Positions 43,101 to 52,784 of a DNA stretch of 64,000 nucleotides are shown here, piece by piece (position 1 is the stretch's first letter; each line of letters opens with the position of its first letter). Below the pieces are notes generated by a model that was not told the DNA's origin, did not search any database, and saw only the letters and a list, made by a program, of their open reading frames with translations. The position numbers and the translations under genes are program-made. Source of the stretch: Bacteroides ovatus (GTDB lineage: Bacteria > Bacteroidota > Bacteroidia > Bacteroidales > Bacteroidaceae); assembly GCA_030844565.1 (NCBI GenBank), contig JAUUNK010000003.1, forward strand, positions 14,367-78,366, given 5' to 3'.

Positions 43101-44505
43101 CTCTCCCGTTGGAATTTAAAAAGCCTATGAAGTTCTTCTGCGCGTCATACACTTGAATATCTCCGTTTTTGCCCCCTATCCAGATGTTATGGTCAGCGTC
43201 TTCCATGATACTCCGTAACTCGTTTGTCGATGGATACCCCTGTACGTCTGGGACGGAAAGAGCGAAAAGGTCTTTCTTGAAAGATACCTTTATCAGACCT
43301 TTCGGCTGCTTGGCAATCCACAGGTTATTTTGGTTGTCAAAGTAGATTTTCTTTATTTTAGAAGGTCTGGATTCGTGGTTGTTCCTGCTAATGGCGAAGA
43401 AGAGAAATTCGTCCGCTTTCTCGTCATAGTAGTTAAGAGCCTCGTTCTTAGAGAATACCCAGAGTCTTCCGTCATGGTCTTGAGATATAGAGCGGCGGGA
43501 GTTATCGTATTGCTGGGTTTTGAGTTGATAGTGTTTGTAGTATTCGCTAAAGGGGGCGATGCGGGTAATTTGCGCCCTGTCTTTATAGGCAATCCATATA
43601 TGTTTCCGGTTGTTATCTTCATATAATGCATTAATGCGCTTACTCAATAGCCGGTTGGAGGTGTCATAGTGGACACCTTCGCCTCGATAGCCGTCTGTCA
43701 GGAAGAAACCGTCGTTTTCCGCTACGACAAGGAAATGTTCAGAGTCATACGCTTTAATTCGGGTGAGCGGACTGGAAGTGCTGAACTTCAAAGTGGAATG
43801 CACGTTCTTCTGAGGGTCGTAAATGTAGAGCCTTCCGTTGTCGGAACCGAGAATAAACATGCCCGCCCACTTCCGGAAGCTATAAAAGCGGGTGGGAGCA
43901 GCCAAGACCAAAGCCGGCTGCGGGTGTTCTTGGGAGAATTTATAGATTCCCTTATCCGAGACAATCCAAATGATAGAAGAAGTCTGAACCAAGCCTATGA
44001 TATTGCTGACGTGCGAAGAGCTGTTAAGAACCTCCTGGCAATCCATCTTTTCTCCACGGGGCGTGATTCTCAATAAGCTGCCGTCTGCCTGAAACACCCA
44101 GGTATCTCCGTCGGAAAGAGTGAATATGTTTTGAACGGGGGCTGTCTGTTGCGTGAAGCGGGAGAACTTTCTATTCTCCGGAGAGAAGCGGTAAAGAGAG
44201 TTCTCGTCGTCCAGCAACCAGAGATGGTTACGGGCGTCTATCTTTATATCATCAATGCGGTTGGTTGCCAGGTCGTTGGAGTCTCCGGGCAACACGCGGT
44301 ATGTCACGAACGTGTGTCCGTCAAAGCGGCAGATACCGTTCCAGGTAGTAAACCACATATATCCGTTCCTGTCTTTGATGATGCCGGTTATAGTCTGCTG
44401 GGGCAGACCGTCTTCAATGCTGTATCGAGTGATTATATGCTGGGGTTGTACAGAGGCGGGATGGCAAAACAGAAAAGCAAAAAAGAATATTATATGTAGT
44501 TTCAT
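40150..44505 (-). CDS. Hybrid two-component system HTCS-2
   Basis: Propeller repeats, Y_Y_Y (YAYRLKG...YTNIPKGNY), FFTDIIHELRTPF, NLLTNAFKY, GIGLSLV, IVSDVVMPG and an AraC HTH. Confidence 0.95.
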   Translation of the reverse strand: MKLHIIFFFAFLFCHPASVQPQHIITRYSIEDGLPQQTITGIIKDRNGYMWFTTWNGICRFDGHTFVTYRVLPGDSNDLATNRIDDIKIDARNHLWLLDDENSLYRFSPENRKFSRFTQQTAPVQNIFTLSDGDTWVFQADGSLLRITPRGEKMDCQEVLNSSSHVSNIIGLVQTSSIIWIVSDKGIYKFSQEHPQPALVLAAPTRFYSFRKWAGMFILGSDNGRLYIYDPQKNVHSTLKFSTSSPLTRIKAYDSEHFLVVAENDGFFLTDGYRGEGVHYDTSNRLLSKRINALYEDNNRKHIWIAYKDRAQITRIAPFSEYYKHYQLKTQQYDNSRRSISQDHDGRLWVFSKNEALNYYDEKADEFLFFAISRNNHESRPSKIKKIYFDNQNNLWIAKQPKGLIKVSFKKDLFALSVPDVQGYPSTNELRSIMEDADHNIWIGGKNGDIQVYDAQKNFIGFLNSNGRVSRRVEKFDAVYALLQDREGNIWMGTRNEGIIKLLPKGKLNFQLNYYKKNPADAFSLNCNSIFSLKEDKQGRIWVGTLGGGLNYIEKDKDGNERFIHCGNRLADYPSRFSRIKNVCLDYQDNVWLATTSGVLLCKWQEGKLAYTPIVRDSNAKNSLSCDNVYDVFESSRHDIFVTTFGGGLDKLTGFSEDKNGVFKNYSSLHMVSTLPLTLAEDEEGNLWIPSENGLYRLFTDNDSTEIYDSRFLPEGLLLTESRACRLSTGEMLFGTDKGLLSMSPQRMKRDTYTSRLLVTDIHVNGEKKDFTSALAEVVLSHKENSFTIHYETLDMKFPGKIEYAYRLKGFDNWNYVKNNRMAVYTNIPKGNYSFEVKSTNSDGVWSNRAKEIPITILPSFWESVYGILLYIVIFLLIVAGSAYILFIIYKLRNRVFIEKYVLEMKTKFFTDIIHELRTPFTLIIAPIDHMLSQKDLNPVIQQDLALVKRNTKRTLKIINQVLDLQKIQNESKLTVQRIEIAPFIRHIINNFQSIAIQRESEISFEAKTSPVFLWADPDKLESILFNLLTNAFKYSPKGTVIHLSVEETATDIILRIADQGYGISQEKQENIFNRFENYVSSDIFKKQSTGIGLSLVKELVELHKGRITLRSKVNEGSTFTLYFCRGRNHFAPETEFILTDYDERASFSADDTLFPRDDYEVEEDNQDSNKSTILVVDDNQELLSFLHAILSEEFRVMTASNGKEGLEKATKYLPNMIVSDVVMPGMTGIEMVKKLQANIYTCHIPIVLLSSKADVENQNEGLELGVDDYITKPFSASYLIAKIWNIIKQRKRIQALYYSELIQNKEENSLGAQEKEELRTLPQVDKDLLDKMVCFIEAHLDYPELSVDTLVEEAGISRSALFKKIKTLIGISPMELIKNIRLKKAAEFIREGSDNFTQIAYKTGFKDSQHFSKCFKLVYGVTPTEYKKKKALTQDEGCVRALGKFPVTTG
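40178..40224 (+). terminator. Rho-independent terminator of the susC2/D2 operon, lying inside the HTCS-2 3' end
   Basis: 14-bp perfect stem aaagctcttacaca/tgtgtaagagcttt with a 10-nt loop, followed by a T-rich run. Confidence 0.8.
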
Positions 44506-44588
44506 CTTGTATTTATTGATTTTTTAATCGGAAAAACTGGTATGCTGTTATAGGATGGACGGACAAACACAAAAGTTGTACGCTCATG

Positions 44589-44620
44589 CAAAGTTAAAAA
44601 GATACTCTTCCTTAGTTTTG
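44589..44620. promoter_or_regulatory. Back-to-back -7 elements for HTCS-2 (minus, TAACTTTG 44589-44596) and susC3 (plus, TAGTTTTG 44613-44620)
   Basis: Two TAnnTTTG matches in opposite orientation, 16 bp apart, in a 155-bp divergent intergenic region. Confidence 0.55.
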
Positions 44621-44660
44621 TGGCAAATAACCTTTATTAATTAATTCATTTTTGTAATTG

Positions 44661-47600
44661 ATGAAAACGTCTATTAATTTGAAGAACATGCGAATATGGC
44701 TGATTATGCTATTCGTTTTCCTGAGTGCCGGCGCCATGGCACAAAACATCACGGGAATTGTAAAAGACAACCTCGGGGAGCCTGTTATCGGTGCTTCCGT
44801 AGTAGAAAAAGGGCACGCCAATAATGGAACCGTTACTGACGTGAACGGCAAATTCACCCTGAAAGTTTCGGGAAAATATCCTATCGAAATCTCCTATATA
44901 GGATATACGACCCAAGTGATAAACCTGAAAGGAAGAACTTCCTTCAGCATCATCCTGCACGAAGATACACAAGCATTGGAAGATGTAGTAATAATCGGCT
45001 ATGGCACGGCGAAGAAAGCCGACCTTAGCGGCTCGGTCGTATCTATCAACAAAGAAGATATAAAAGGCACACCCACAAGCAATGTGATGGAAGCGCTACA
45101 AGGAAAGATTGCAGGCGCAGATATTATGATGAGCTCCGGGGCTGTGGGCGAAGATGTGGATATTCTGCTGCGTGGCTCGCGCTCCATAAACGGAAGCAAT
45201 GAACCGCTGTTTATCATCGACGGCGTGCAAGGCGCCAGCTACAGCCAACTGAACCCGAACGACATCGAACAAATCGACGTGCTGAAAGATGCATCTTCCA
45301 CCGCCATTTACGGCTCGGCAGGTGCTAATGGCGTTATTATTATCACCACCAAGAAAGGTATTGCAGGAAAGTTGACGGTGGACCTGGACGCGAAATACAG
45401 TATTTCCGGAGGAGCCAACTTCGTGCACGGTATGAAAGGTGACGAATGGTATCAGTACCAAAGAGAATACTACCGCACCAAGAATGGAGACTATCCGGAG
45501 GATTTCTTCCAGATGTTCTCTTCGGAGGCCATACAGCAAGCTTATGAGAATGGACAATGGATAGACTGGATTGATGAAGCTACCAAAGGAAACGCTTCAC
45601 AAAAAGACATAAACCTTTCGATAAGGGGAGGAAGCGACAAAGTACAGGTATATTCATCCCTGAGTTATAATAACACGCAAGGCCTGCTTTCCAACGAAAA
45701 CCAGACACGCTACGGCATGAGGTTTAATGTGGACTACCAACTACGCAAGTGGATGAAGCTGGGAGTAAATTCGTCCCTCACCTATACTATCAAGAATACA
45801 AGAGGCAAGAACATCTTTACCAAAGCGCTGACTGCCTTTCCACTGGGCAAGCCGTATGACGAAAACGGTAACATCAACATCGAGTTCATAGAAGGGCAAA
45901 CCTCTCCTTTCGGAGACGAAATGGAAAACCAGTATGCCAACGAAACACGTACGATTTATGCCAATGTCTACGGCTATCTGGAGATTACTCCGCTCAAAGG
46001 ACTTTCATTCCGCTCGCAGATAAGCACTACACTGAATAACTCCCGTAATGGACAATATATCGGTGAGAACTCGCTGCAAGGAGTTGAAAACGGCTATTCG
46101 GCACCCTATGCATACATCAACAACTATTATGGATATGGTTACCTGTGGGACAATGTGCTGACCTACAATTTCGAACCTTTCAAAGGTCATAAAGTAACGT
46201 TAACCGGAGTGACATCCTGGAGCCACAATCAAAAAGACTCCAATAACATGCGGGCTTCCGGTCAACCACTCGATTCTTACCTGTTTCATAATATGGCGTC
46301 AGGTATTACCAAGTATGGCGTAAAGTCCTCTTATTCCCAGAATCAGAAGATGTCCTATGCATTGCGGTTCAATTATGTATATAAGGATAAGTACATCGCC
46401 TCGTTCACTACCCGCTGGGACGGCGCTTCCCACCTTGCCGAAGGACATAAATGGGAATCCTTCCCCGCAGGTGCACTGGCATGGCGCGTCTCTCAAGAAT
46501 CTTTTATGGAGAGCACAAAGCAATGGCTGAGCAACTTAAAGCTCCGGGGAAGCTATGGTGTCACGGGTAATTCCGGAGGTATGGGAGCCTATTCTTCCCA
46601 AACCGGCGCAGCCACCTACTCGGCTGTATCCATTGACGGCACGCTGAGTTCGATGAGCCAGCTCGTGTCTCCTTACGGCAATCCCTCCATCGGTTGGGAG
46701 AAAACCTATCAATGGAATTATGGTGTAGACCTGGGACTCTTTAACAATCGCATCAACTTGAGCGTCGACTTCTACGACTCCAGGACAAAAGACTTGCTCT
46801 TTAGCCGCACATTGCCTATAACTTCGGCTATCACCGCATGGGGCTCTCCTATGACCACCTGGCAAAACATCGGCGAAACCAGCAACAAAGGCTACGAAAT
46901 CCAATTGTCTACCGTCAATATAAAGAATAAGCACTTCGAATGGTCTTCATCCATCTCCTATACCCACAACGATGAGAAGATTGTGAACCTACCCGACGGT
47001 GACCTTATTGCCAAAAAACTATTTGAAGGACACCCCATCAAGACCTTCTACGACTACAAATACGCCGGTATATGGGGAACAGCCGAAGAAGAAGAGGCTG
47101 CAAAATACGGTTGCCAGCCGGGTTATGTGAAGATTCATACCGTGGAGCAGTTCACTACGGATGAGAATGGCAATCAGGTGGGAGACGGCGGAGTACATAC
47201 CTACAGTAATACACGCGACCTCCAGATATTAGGCTCGAATGTACCCGACGGCATCCTGGGTATCAACAATACATTTAAGTATAAAGGATTTGACCTGAGC
47301 GCCTTTGCCATCATCCGATACGGACAGATGATAGAAAGCAAAACTATCGGCTGGTATTCTACCAAGGGTGACAATCAGCCGCGAGGCACCGATTACTGGA
47401 CTCCGGAGAACCAATCGGCATACTTCCCCCGGCCGGGTATTGCCAGTACCACGGGAATAGAATCTTTGAAATACATCGACGGTTCTTATGCTAAGATTAA
47501 GAATATCACTCTGGGATATACCCTACCCCAAAGACTGTGTAAAACGCTGGGACTGGAGAAATGCCGGATCTATGCCACCGCTTACAACGTGTTTGTATTG

Positions 47601-47702
47601 CCGTTCAAGAGCGAGCTAAAGCATACGGACCCCGAAAACAACGGTTCCGACACCTTCCCGCTTTACAAAACTTATCTACTGGGGCTTAATGTATCATTTT
47701 AA
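44661..47702 (+). CDS. susC: SusC/RagA TonB-dependent transporter (pair 3)
   Basis: EDVVIIGYG, LKDASSTAIYGSAGANGVIIITTK, WEKT and a C-terminal Phe. Confidence 0.95.
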   Translation: MKTSINLKNMRIWLIMLFVFLSAGAMAQNITGIVKDNLGEPVIGASVVEKGHANNGTVTDVNGKFTLKVSGKYPIEISYIGYTTQVINLKGRTSFSIILHEDTQALEDVVIIGYGTAKKADLSGSVVSINKEDIKGTPTSNVMEALQGKIAGADIMMSSGAVGEDVDILLRGSRSINGSNEPLFIIDGVQGASYSQLNPNDIEQIDVLKDASSTAIYGSAGANGVIIITTKKGIAGKLTVDLDAKYSISGGANFVHGMKGDEWYQYQREYYRTKNGDYPEDFFQMFSSEAIQQAYENGQWIDWIDEATKGNASQKDINLSIRGGSDKVQVYSSLSYNNTQGLLSNENQTRYGMRFNVDYQLRKWMKLGVNSSLTYTIKNTRGKNIFTKALTAFPLGKPYDENGNINIEFIEGQTSPFGDEMENQYANETRTIYANVYGYLEITPLKGLSFRSQISTTLNNSRNGQYIGENSLQGVENGYSAPYAYINNYYGYGYLWDNVLTYNFEPFKGHKVTLTGVTSWSHNQKDSNNMRASGQPLDSYLFHNMASGITKYGVKSSYSQNQKMSYALRFNYVYKDKYIASFTTRWDGASHLAEGHKWESFPAGALAWRVSQESFMESTKQWLSNLKLRGSYGVTGNSGGMGAYSSQTGAATYSAVSIDGTLSSMSQLVSPYGNPSIGWEKTYQWNYGVDLGLFNNRINLSVDFYDSRTKDLLFSRTLPITSAITAWGSPMTTWQNIGETSNKGYEIQLSTVNIKNKHFEWSSSISYTHNDEKIVNLPDGDLIAKKLFEGHPIKTFYDYKYAGIWGTAEEEEAAKYGCQPGYVKIHTVEQFTTDENGNQVGDGGVHTYSNTRDLQILGSNVPDGILGINNTFKYKGFDLSAFAIIRYGQMIESKTIGWYSTKGDNQPRGTDYWTPENQSAYFPRPGIASTTGIESLKYIDGSYAKIKNITLGYTLPQRLCKTLGLEKCRIYATAYNVFVLPFKSELKHTDPENNGSDTFPLYKTYLLGLNVSF

Positions 47703-47726
47703 ATTAATCATTCAACAAGAACAAAT

Positions 47727-49601
47727 ATGACTATAAAGAATTGGCTGACAATATTATTAACGGCAGCAACCGTAAGCAATACTTCTTGTACGCTCGATGA
47801 ATACAATCCCTCGGGATACACTATGGATGCACTGTCTATTTCGGAAGAAGGTTACCAAACTATTCTTAATAACATTTACTTCGGCATGGAAAGAGCCCTC
47901 TATGGCTACGGACAGTTTATGTGGATAACTGAAGGAGGCACTGACATCTGGACATCCCAGAAGAATAGCGACAACCTTTATTTGAAATACGGTATGGGGT
48001 CGGACTTTGCCAACAACATGATGCTCAACACCTTGAATTGTTGCTATGACGGTATATGCTATTGCAACCAGGCAATCGTGCAAGCGGAGAAAGTTCCTTT
48101 CGCTTCTCCGGACGAGAGAAACCGGAAAGTAGCGGAAGCCCGCTTTATGAGAGCAGTATATTACTACCACCTGGTAGAACAAATGGGCGGAGTGAAACTG
48201 CAAATGACGCCTGCCGAAAGCGTAGACATACATCCCGGCAAAGATGCTCCACTGGATATTTATGAAAAATGTATCATCCCCGACCTGGAGTTTGCCGCCG
48301 AATGGCTACCGGTGGAAGAGAGAACCACCCGTCCTTCGAAGAAATCCGCCATGGGCATGTTGGCAAAAGCTTGCCTGCAATCTGTAGAGTATGATTCTTC
48401 CAAGAAGTACGCCCAAAAGGCTCTGGACGTAGCTGTAGAAATGATGGAAGACTGCACCAACGGAGGGACGACGTTAGGAGTTTATATGTATGACAACCTG
48501 GACGACGTCTTCGATGAGAGCAATAACTTCACCAACAAAGAGGCTTTGTGGAAACACCGCTATGTAGTAGGAGGTGTAAGTAACCAAGCGTGGATAATGA
48601 ATCAGAACAATGAGCAGTTCTATTGCCCGCTTACCGCTTTCTCCGCCATCCAATTCAAGACGGACTTGCATTCGGGCAACGAATACGAAGGATTGTCTGA
48701 TTACCAGATTGCAGACAGACGTGCCGGAGGGACCTTCATGCCTTCCAAGTATTTACTGGATTTATACATACAGGAAGATGGAACCTTGGACCCGAGATAC
48801 CACAAGTTCTTCCAAACGACATGGACCTGCAACAAAGACAAAGGTCAGGCGTGGAGCGAGTCGCAAGTGAAGCAGTTTGATAAAAACCTGGACTCACCCG
48901 CTATCTCAACAATGGTGACCGACCCGGAAACAGGAAATGAAAAGCGTGAATACACCAAATTCCTTTTCGGAGAGAAAGCATTGGAGTTCATCCGTCCGGG
49001 AGATGAAGGATACGAGGAAAAGTTGGCAGGAATAAAAGATGCAAAAATCCTCTATGTAGACTACAACGATGTGTATGACAAAGACAACCAAGTCATTATG
49101 AACTACCACCGCGATTATGACAACACAGACGTAGTGAGCCCCTGGTTCAACTTCTATCCGTCGTTGACAAAGCACAACAGCAGCAACTATTACATTAACA
49201 ACCTGAGCAAAAAGCGTCTGGGCAATCTGAACGCTACTTTTATGATGCGTACTCCGGAGGTGTTCCTCATTGCTGCCGAGGCTGATATTTATGTAAACGG
49301 AGGGGCGAATGCCATACAGTATATAAATAAGGTACGCCAGCGTGCCGGCGCCAATGTCCTGAGCGGTGCAGCCACTATAGAAACCGTGTTGAACGAGCGC
49401 GCCCGCGAACTGTGCGGAGAGTATGTCCGCTTCTACGATTTGAAGCGTACGGGCAAACTGAACAATACCTATTTAACCTCCACCAACCCTGATGTCGGAC
49501 AATACTTTATGGATGGTAAACATGAAGTAAGGCCATTCCCTAAATCATTCCTTGAAAATCTGGAAGAAGGCGGAGGATATTATCAGAATCCCGGGTATTA
49601 G
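47727..49601 (+). CDS. susD: SusD/RagB lipoprotein (pair 3)
   Basis: Lipobox TSC followed by TLDEYNP, plus EARFMRAVYYY, ERARELCGEYVRFYDLKR and the C-terminal QNPGY. Confidence 0.93.
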   Translation: MTIKNWLTILLTAATVSNTSCTLDEYNPSGYTMDALSISEEGYQTILNNIYFGMERALYGYGQFMWITEGGTDIWTSQKNSDNLYLKYGMGSDFANNMMLNTLNCCYDGICYCNQAIVQAEKVPFASPDERNRKVAEARFMRAVYYYHLVEQMGGVKLQMTPAESVDIHPGKDAPLDIYEKCIIPDLEFAAEWLPVEERTTRPSKKSAMGMLAKACLQSVEYDSSKKYAQKALDVAVEMMEDCTNGGTTLGVYMYDNLDDVFDESNNFTNKEALWKHRYVVGGVSNQAWIMNQNNEQFYCPLTAFSAIQFKTDLHSGNEYEGLSDYQIADRRAGGTFMPSKYLLDLYIQEDGTLDPRYHKFFQTTWTCNKDKGQAWSESQVKQFDKNLDSPAISTMVTDPETGNEKREYTKFLFGEKALEFIRPGDEGYEEKLAGIKDAKILYVDYNDVYDKDNQVIMNYHRDYDNTDVVSPWFNFYPSLTKHNSSNYYINNLSKKRLGNLNATFMMRTPEVFLIAAEADIYVNGGANAIQYINKVRQRAGANVLSGAATIETVLNERARELCGEYVRFYDLKRTGKLNNTYLTSTNPDVGQYFMDGKHEVRPFPKSFLENLEEGGGYYQNPGY

Positions 49602-49654
49602 TTTATAAACCTCCTTCTACCAATTATTTTCCCAAGAATCTCTCTTCCTCAAAA

Positions 49655-49704
49655 GAAACCGTGTTAGCAAAGTTACCGATTGATAGCTTTATTAACACGG
49701 TTTC
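49655..49704 (+). terminator. Hairpin after susD3, probable terminator
   Basis: Outer stem gaaaccgtgtta/taacacggtttc with inner aaagtta/tagcttt pairing; the U-tract is weak. Confidence 0.55.
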
Positions 49705-49793
49705 GCCTATATTACTTATTTCTTGTTAATGAAATATTCCGTTGCTGCCCAAAAAGATTTATCTTTGTCCTCAAGTCTTATACAACAACATCT

Positions 49794-52628
49794 ATGAGAA
49801 TAACAGCACTGCTTACTTTATTTCTCCTTTTAAGTAACTTATTGCAGGCTTCGCCTATTCCATTTTATCCTATAGTGCGTAGCTACTCCGTATCAGATTA
49901 TGACGCCGGCGTTCAAAACTGGTCTGTATGCCAGGATGCAAGAGGGGTGATGTATTTCGGGAACAATAAAGGACTGCTCGAGTTCGACGGGAATCACTGG
50001 AATCTGTACGAGCTGCCTACTAAAAGCATTGTACGTGCCATTTATATAGATAAGAATGAGAAAATATTCGTGGGTTCTTACGAAGAGTTCGGATATTTCG
50101 AACGTACACCTTCCGACTCCCTCGTGTACCACTCTCTGAAAAGCGAAGTGGAAGACTTCCAATTTCACAATGACGAAATCTGGAACATTCTTTCGACAGA
50201 AGGAAAAATCGTCTTTCAGTCGTTCAACTCTCTATTCTTCTATGACGGGCAATCGGTGAAAGGTGTCCGTTTGAATACTCTTCCCCTTAATCTATTGCAG
50301 GTAGGGAATGCTTTCTATTCACAACAAATCAACAGCGGGCTTTCCCTTTTTACTGATGAAAGGCTGGAAGAGCTCATTCCCCGCCACTTGCTAGGCAACA
50401 GTGATGTGGTGGCAGGGCTTCCCTACGGCGATGCCGCCTTATTGCTCACCGTGGACAAAGGCGGTTTCCTCTACCAGGATGGAGTGGTAAAAAAATGGCA
50501 GACCCAATGTGACGACATCTTCCACAAACATACCATCAACCGTGCCATCATGACGAAAGACAGTTGCTATGTCATCGGCACCATCTCCAACGGCATCTAT
50601 GCACTGAACCGCGAGGGAGAACTGCTATGGGAAGTAAACACCGACAACCGCTTACCCAACAATACGGTACTAGGCTTGTATTGCGACCGCAACAATAACC
50701 TGTGGGCAGCTTTAGACGAAGGTATCGCCTACATCCGCAACAACTCATCCGTATATTATTATGAACCTCCGCACCATAAAATCGGAATGGTCTATGACGT
50801 GCTGGTGAAAGAAGACGAAGCCTACATTGCATCCAATCAGGGACTGTACTGGCTGAAAGAAGGAAGGACGGAACTCGTCCCCGGCCTCGAAGAGCAAGCA
50901 TGGTTTGTAGACGAGTGGGGCAAGCAGATATTCTGCGGACACAATAAGGGGACCTTTCTGTTATCCGGAAAGAATGCCTCGCTGGTGTCAGACATACGCG
51001 GAGGCATGTGCATGAAGAATATTACCATCAAAGACCAGTCTTTCCTGCTCGAAGGAACTTACACTCCCCTGAGCCTATACACACGGGACACCTCGGGCAT
51101 GTATCGCTTCGCCCATTCCCTGGAGGGTTTCACCCACATGGCGCGCAATGTTGAAATGGACCACCAGGGCAATATCTGGGTGGAGCACCTGCGCAAAGGG
51201 CTCTTCCGCCTGCGGCTGGACCCCGCCTTGCAACGCGTGGAGGATGTAAGGGAATACCTGCAACTGGGAGAGGTGAGCGACAGCAGCTTCGCCCTCTTCA
51301 AGATTAACGGGCGGGTGGTGTTCTCCAACGGCAAATCTTTCTATACGTATGAGGATATGAAAGACTCGATAGTACCCTACGAAGCCATGAACACCCAATT
51401 GGCGGAGTTGAAAGAAATACATGCAGTCAGCCATGCTTACGGCAATCGCTACTGGTTTGTAGGCAGCCGGACAGCTTATCTGGTGAGATGCGAGAAGAAC
51501 AACTTTCATGTAGAACACCGGATACCTTATTCCCTCTTCAACGGTCTGGCGGTAGAAGAGAGAGGTAGCATCACTTATGATAAAAAGAACCATTGCTCCT
51601 ATCTCTGCCTCAGTAATGCTATTGCCCGCATTGCACCCGACAGCTCTTCGCTCTATAAATCTCCGGCTCAGCCTTTATTATGGATTTCAAAGATGAGAGC
51701 AACGGAAGAACTAAAGGGAATGAAAGAAACATTGCCCGTGAAACCGGACAATCGCATTGCTTCGGCATTCAACACCGTGGAATTCACCTTGCGCTACCCC
51801 GTATATAACGACTATACCTATAAAGTGAGGTATCAGTTGGAAGGACTCTCCGACCAATGGATAGAGGGCGAGCGTAACTTACAGAAAGAATATACCCGCC
51901 TACCCTACGGTCACTACGTTTTCAAGGCAGAGATATACAATGAGAACGGGGTGCTCACCTCCACCAGTCTCCCCTTCGAAATTCTGCGTCCTTGGTATCT
52001 GTCCTATGGGGCCATCACGGGATACATCTTTGCCGGCCTGTTTCTGCTATTCCTCTTGCAGTATATCGTCTACCGTTCCGTTAAGAAGAAGAAAGACCGG
52101 ATGATAGAGCAACAGCGCATCTCCCACCAAGCAGAAATGGAACGGCAAGAAAAGAAAATCATGGAACTGGAAAAAGAGCAACTCGAAGCCGACCTGCGGT
52201 TTAAGAGTAAAGAGCTCTCCGGCATGATAATGACGAATATCGCTCACCAGGAGTTTCTCACTTCACTGAAAGAAGAAATACAGCAGCAGAAGCTCTCGGG
52301 ACAATACACCCGCAAGAACCTGGACAAGCTGCTTGCGCTGGTCAACAATAATATAGTCTCCGACGAAGAGAACTGGACCATCTTCCAGGCAAACTTCGAC
52401 CGTATACACGAAAACTTCTTCCGTAACCTGAAACAGCAATATCCCGACCTCACCTCGGGCGACCTTCGCTTCTGTGCTTTGCTGCGCCTGAATCTGCCAA
52501 CCAAAGAGATAGCAAAGTTACTCAACATCTCTATCCGCGGGGTGGATGCAGCAAGATACCGCTTGCGCAAGAAGTTCAACCTTGCCCAGGAAGACAGCCT
52601 AACGGATTTTATGATAAATTTCAAATAA
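49794..52628 (+). CDS. Membrane-spanning one-component PUL regulator: beta-propeller sensor, Y_Y_Y, TM, coiled coil, LuxR-type HTH
   Basis: QNWSV...MYFGNNKGLLEFDG, YTRLPYGHY, a TM after RPWY, and DLTSGDLRFCALLRLNLPTKEIAKLLNISIRGVDAARYRLRKK. No HisKA or REC domain. Start set at MRIT (49794). Confidence 0.88.
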   Translation: MRITALLTLFLLLSNLLQASPIPFYPIVRSYSVSDYDAGVQNWSVCQDARGVMYFGNNKGLLEFDGNHWNLYELPTKSIVRAIYIDKNEKIFVGSYEEFGYFERTPSDSLVYHSLKSEVEDFQFHNDEIWNILSTEGKIVFQSFNSLFFYDGQSVKGVRLNTLPLNLLQVGNAFYSQQINSGLSLFTDERLEELIPRHLLGNSDVVAGLPYGDAALLLTVDKGGFLYQDGVVKKWQTQCDDIFHKHTINRAIMTKDSCYVIGTISNGIYALNREGELLWEVNTDNRLPNNTVLGLYCDRNNNLWAALDEGIAYIRNNSSVYYYEPPHHKIGMVYDVLVKEDEAYIASNQGLYWLKEGRTELVPGLEEQAWFVDEWGKQIFCGHNKGTFLLSGKNASLVSDIRGGMCMKNITIKDQSFLLEGTYTPLSLYTRDTSGMYRFAHSLEGFTHMARNVEMDHQGNIWVEHLRKGLFRLRLDPALQRVEDVREYLQLGEVSDSSFALFKINGRVVFSNGKSFYTYEDMKDSIVPYEAMNTQLAELKEIHAVSHAYGNRYWFVGSRTAYLVRCEKNNFHVEHRIPYSLFNGLAVEERGSITYDKKNHCSYLCLSNAIARIAPDSSSLYKSPAQPLLWISKMRATEELKGMKETLPVKPDNRIASAFNTVEFTLRYPVYNDYTYKVRYQLEGLSDQWIEGERNLQKEYTRLPYGHYVFKAEIYNENGVLTSTSLPFEILRPWYLSYGAITGYIFAGLFLLFLLQYIVYRSVKKKKDRMIEQQRISHQAEMERQEKKIMELEKEQLEADLRFKSKELSGMIMTNIAHQEFLTSLKEEIQQQKLSGQYTRKNLDKLLALVNNNIVSDEENWTIFQANFDRIHENFFRNLKQQYPDLTSGDLRFCALLRLNLPTKEIAKLLNISIRGVDAARYRLRKKFNLAQEDSLTDFMINFK

Positions 52629-52657
52629 CTGATTATCAAATTGCTATCAAAGGAGAA

Positions 52658-52755
52658 AGTACTGATATAGTACTATTCCTTCAGCCTTCCGGCAACAGAT
52701 GTACTTTTGTTGTAGTGTGCCATACAGATGTTTTAGCCTACTTTCCCTTTCTTTG
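52658..52755 (+). promoter_or_regulatory. Candidate operator/promoter of bglX (GTA(C/G)T pairs at 11-bp spacing plus a TTTG -7 core)
   Basis: GTACT at 52659 and 52670, GTACTTTTGTTGTA at 52701-52714, and TTTG ending at 52755. The geometry matches 55315-55401. Confidence 0.6.
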
Positions 52756-52784
52756 CAGCAAAATAATAGTTCACAGTTAAAAGC

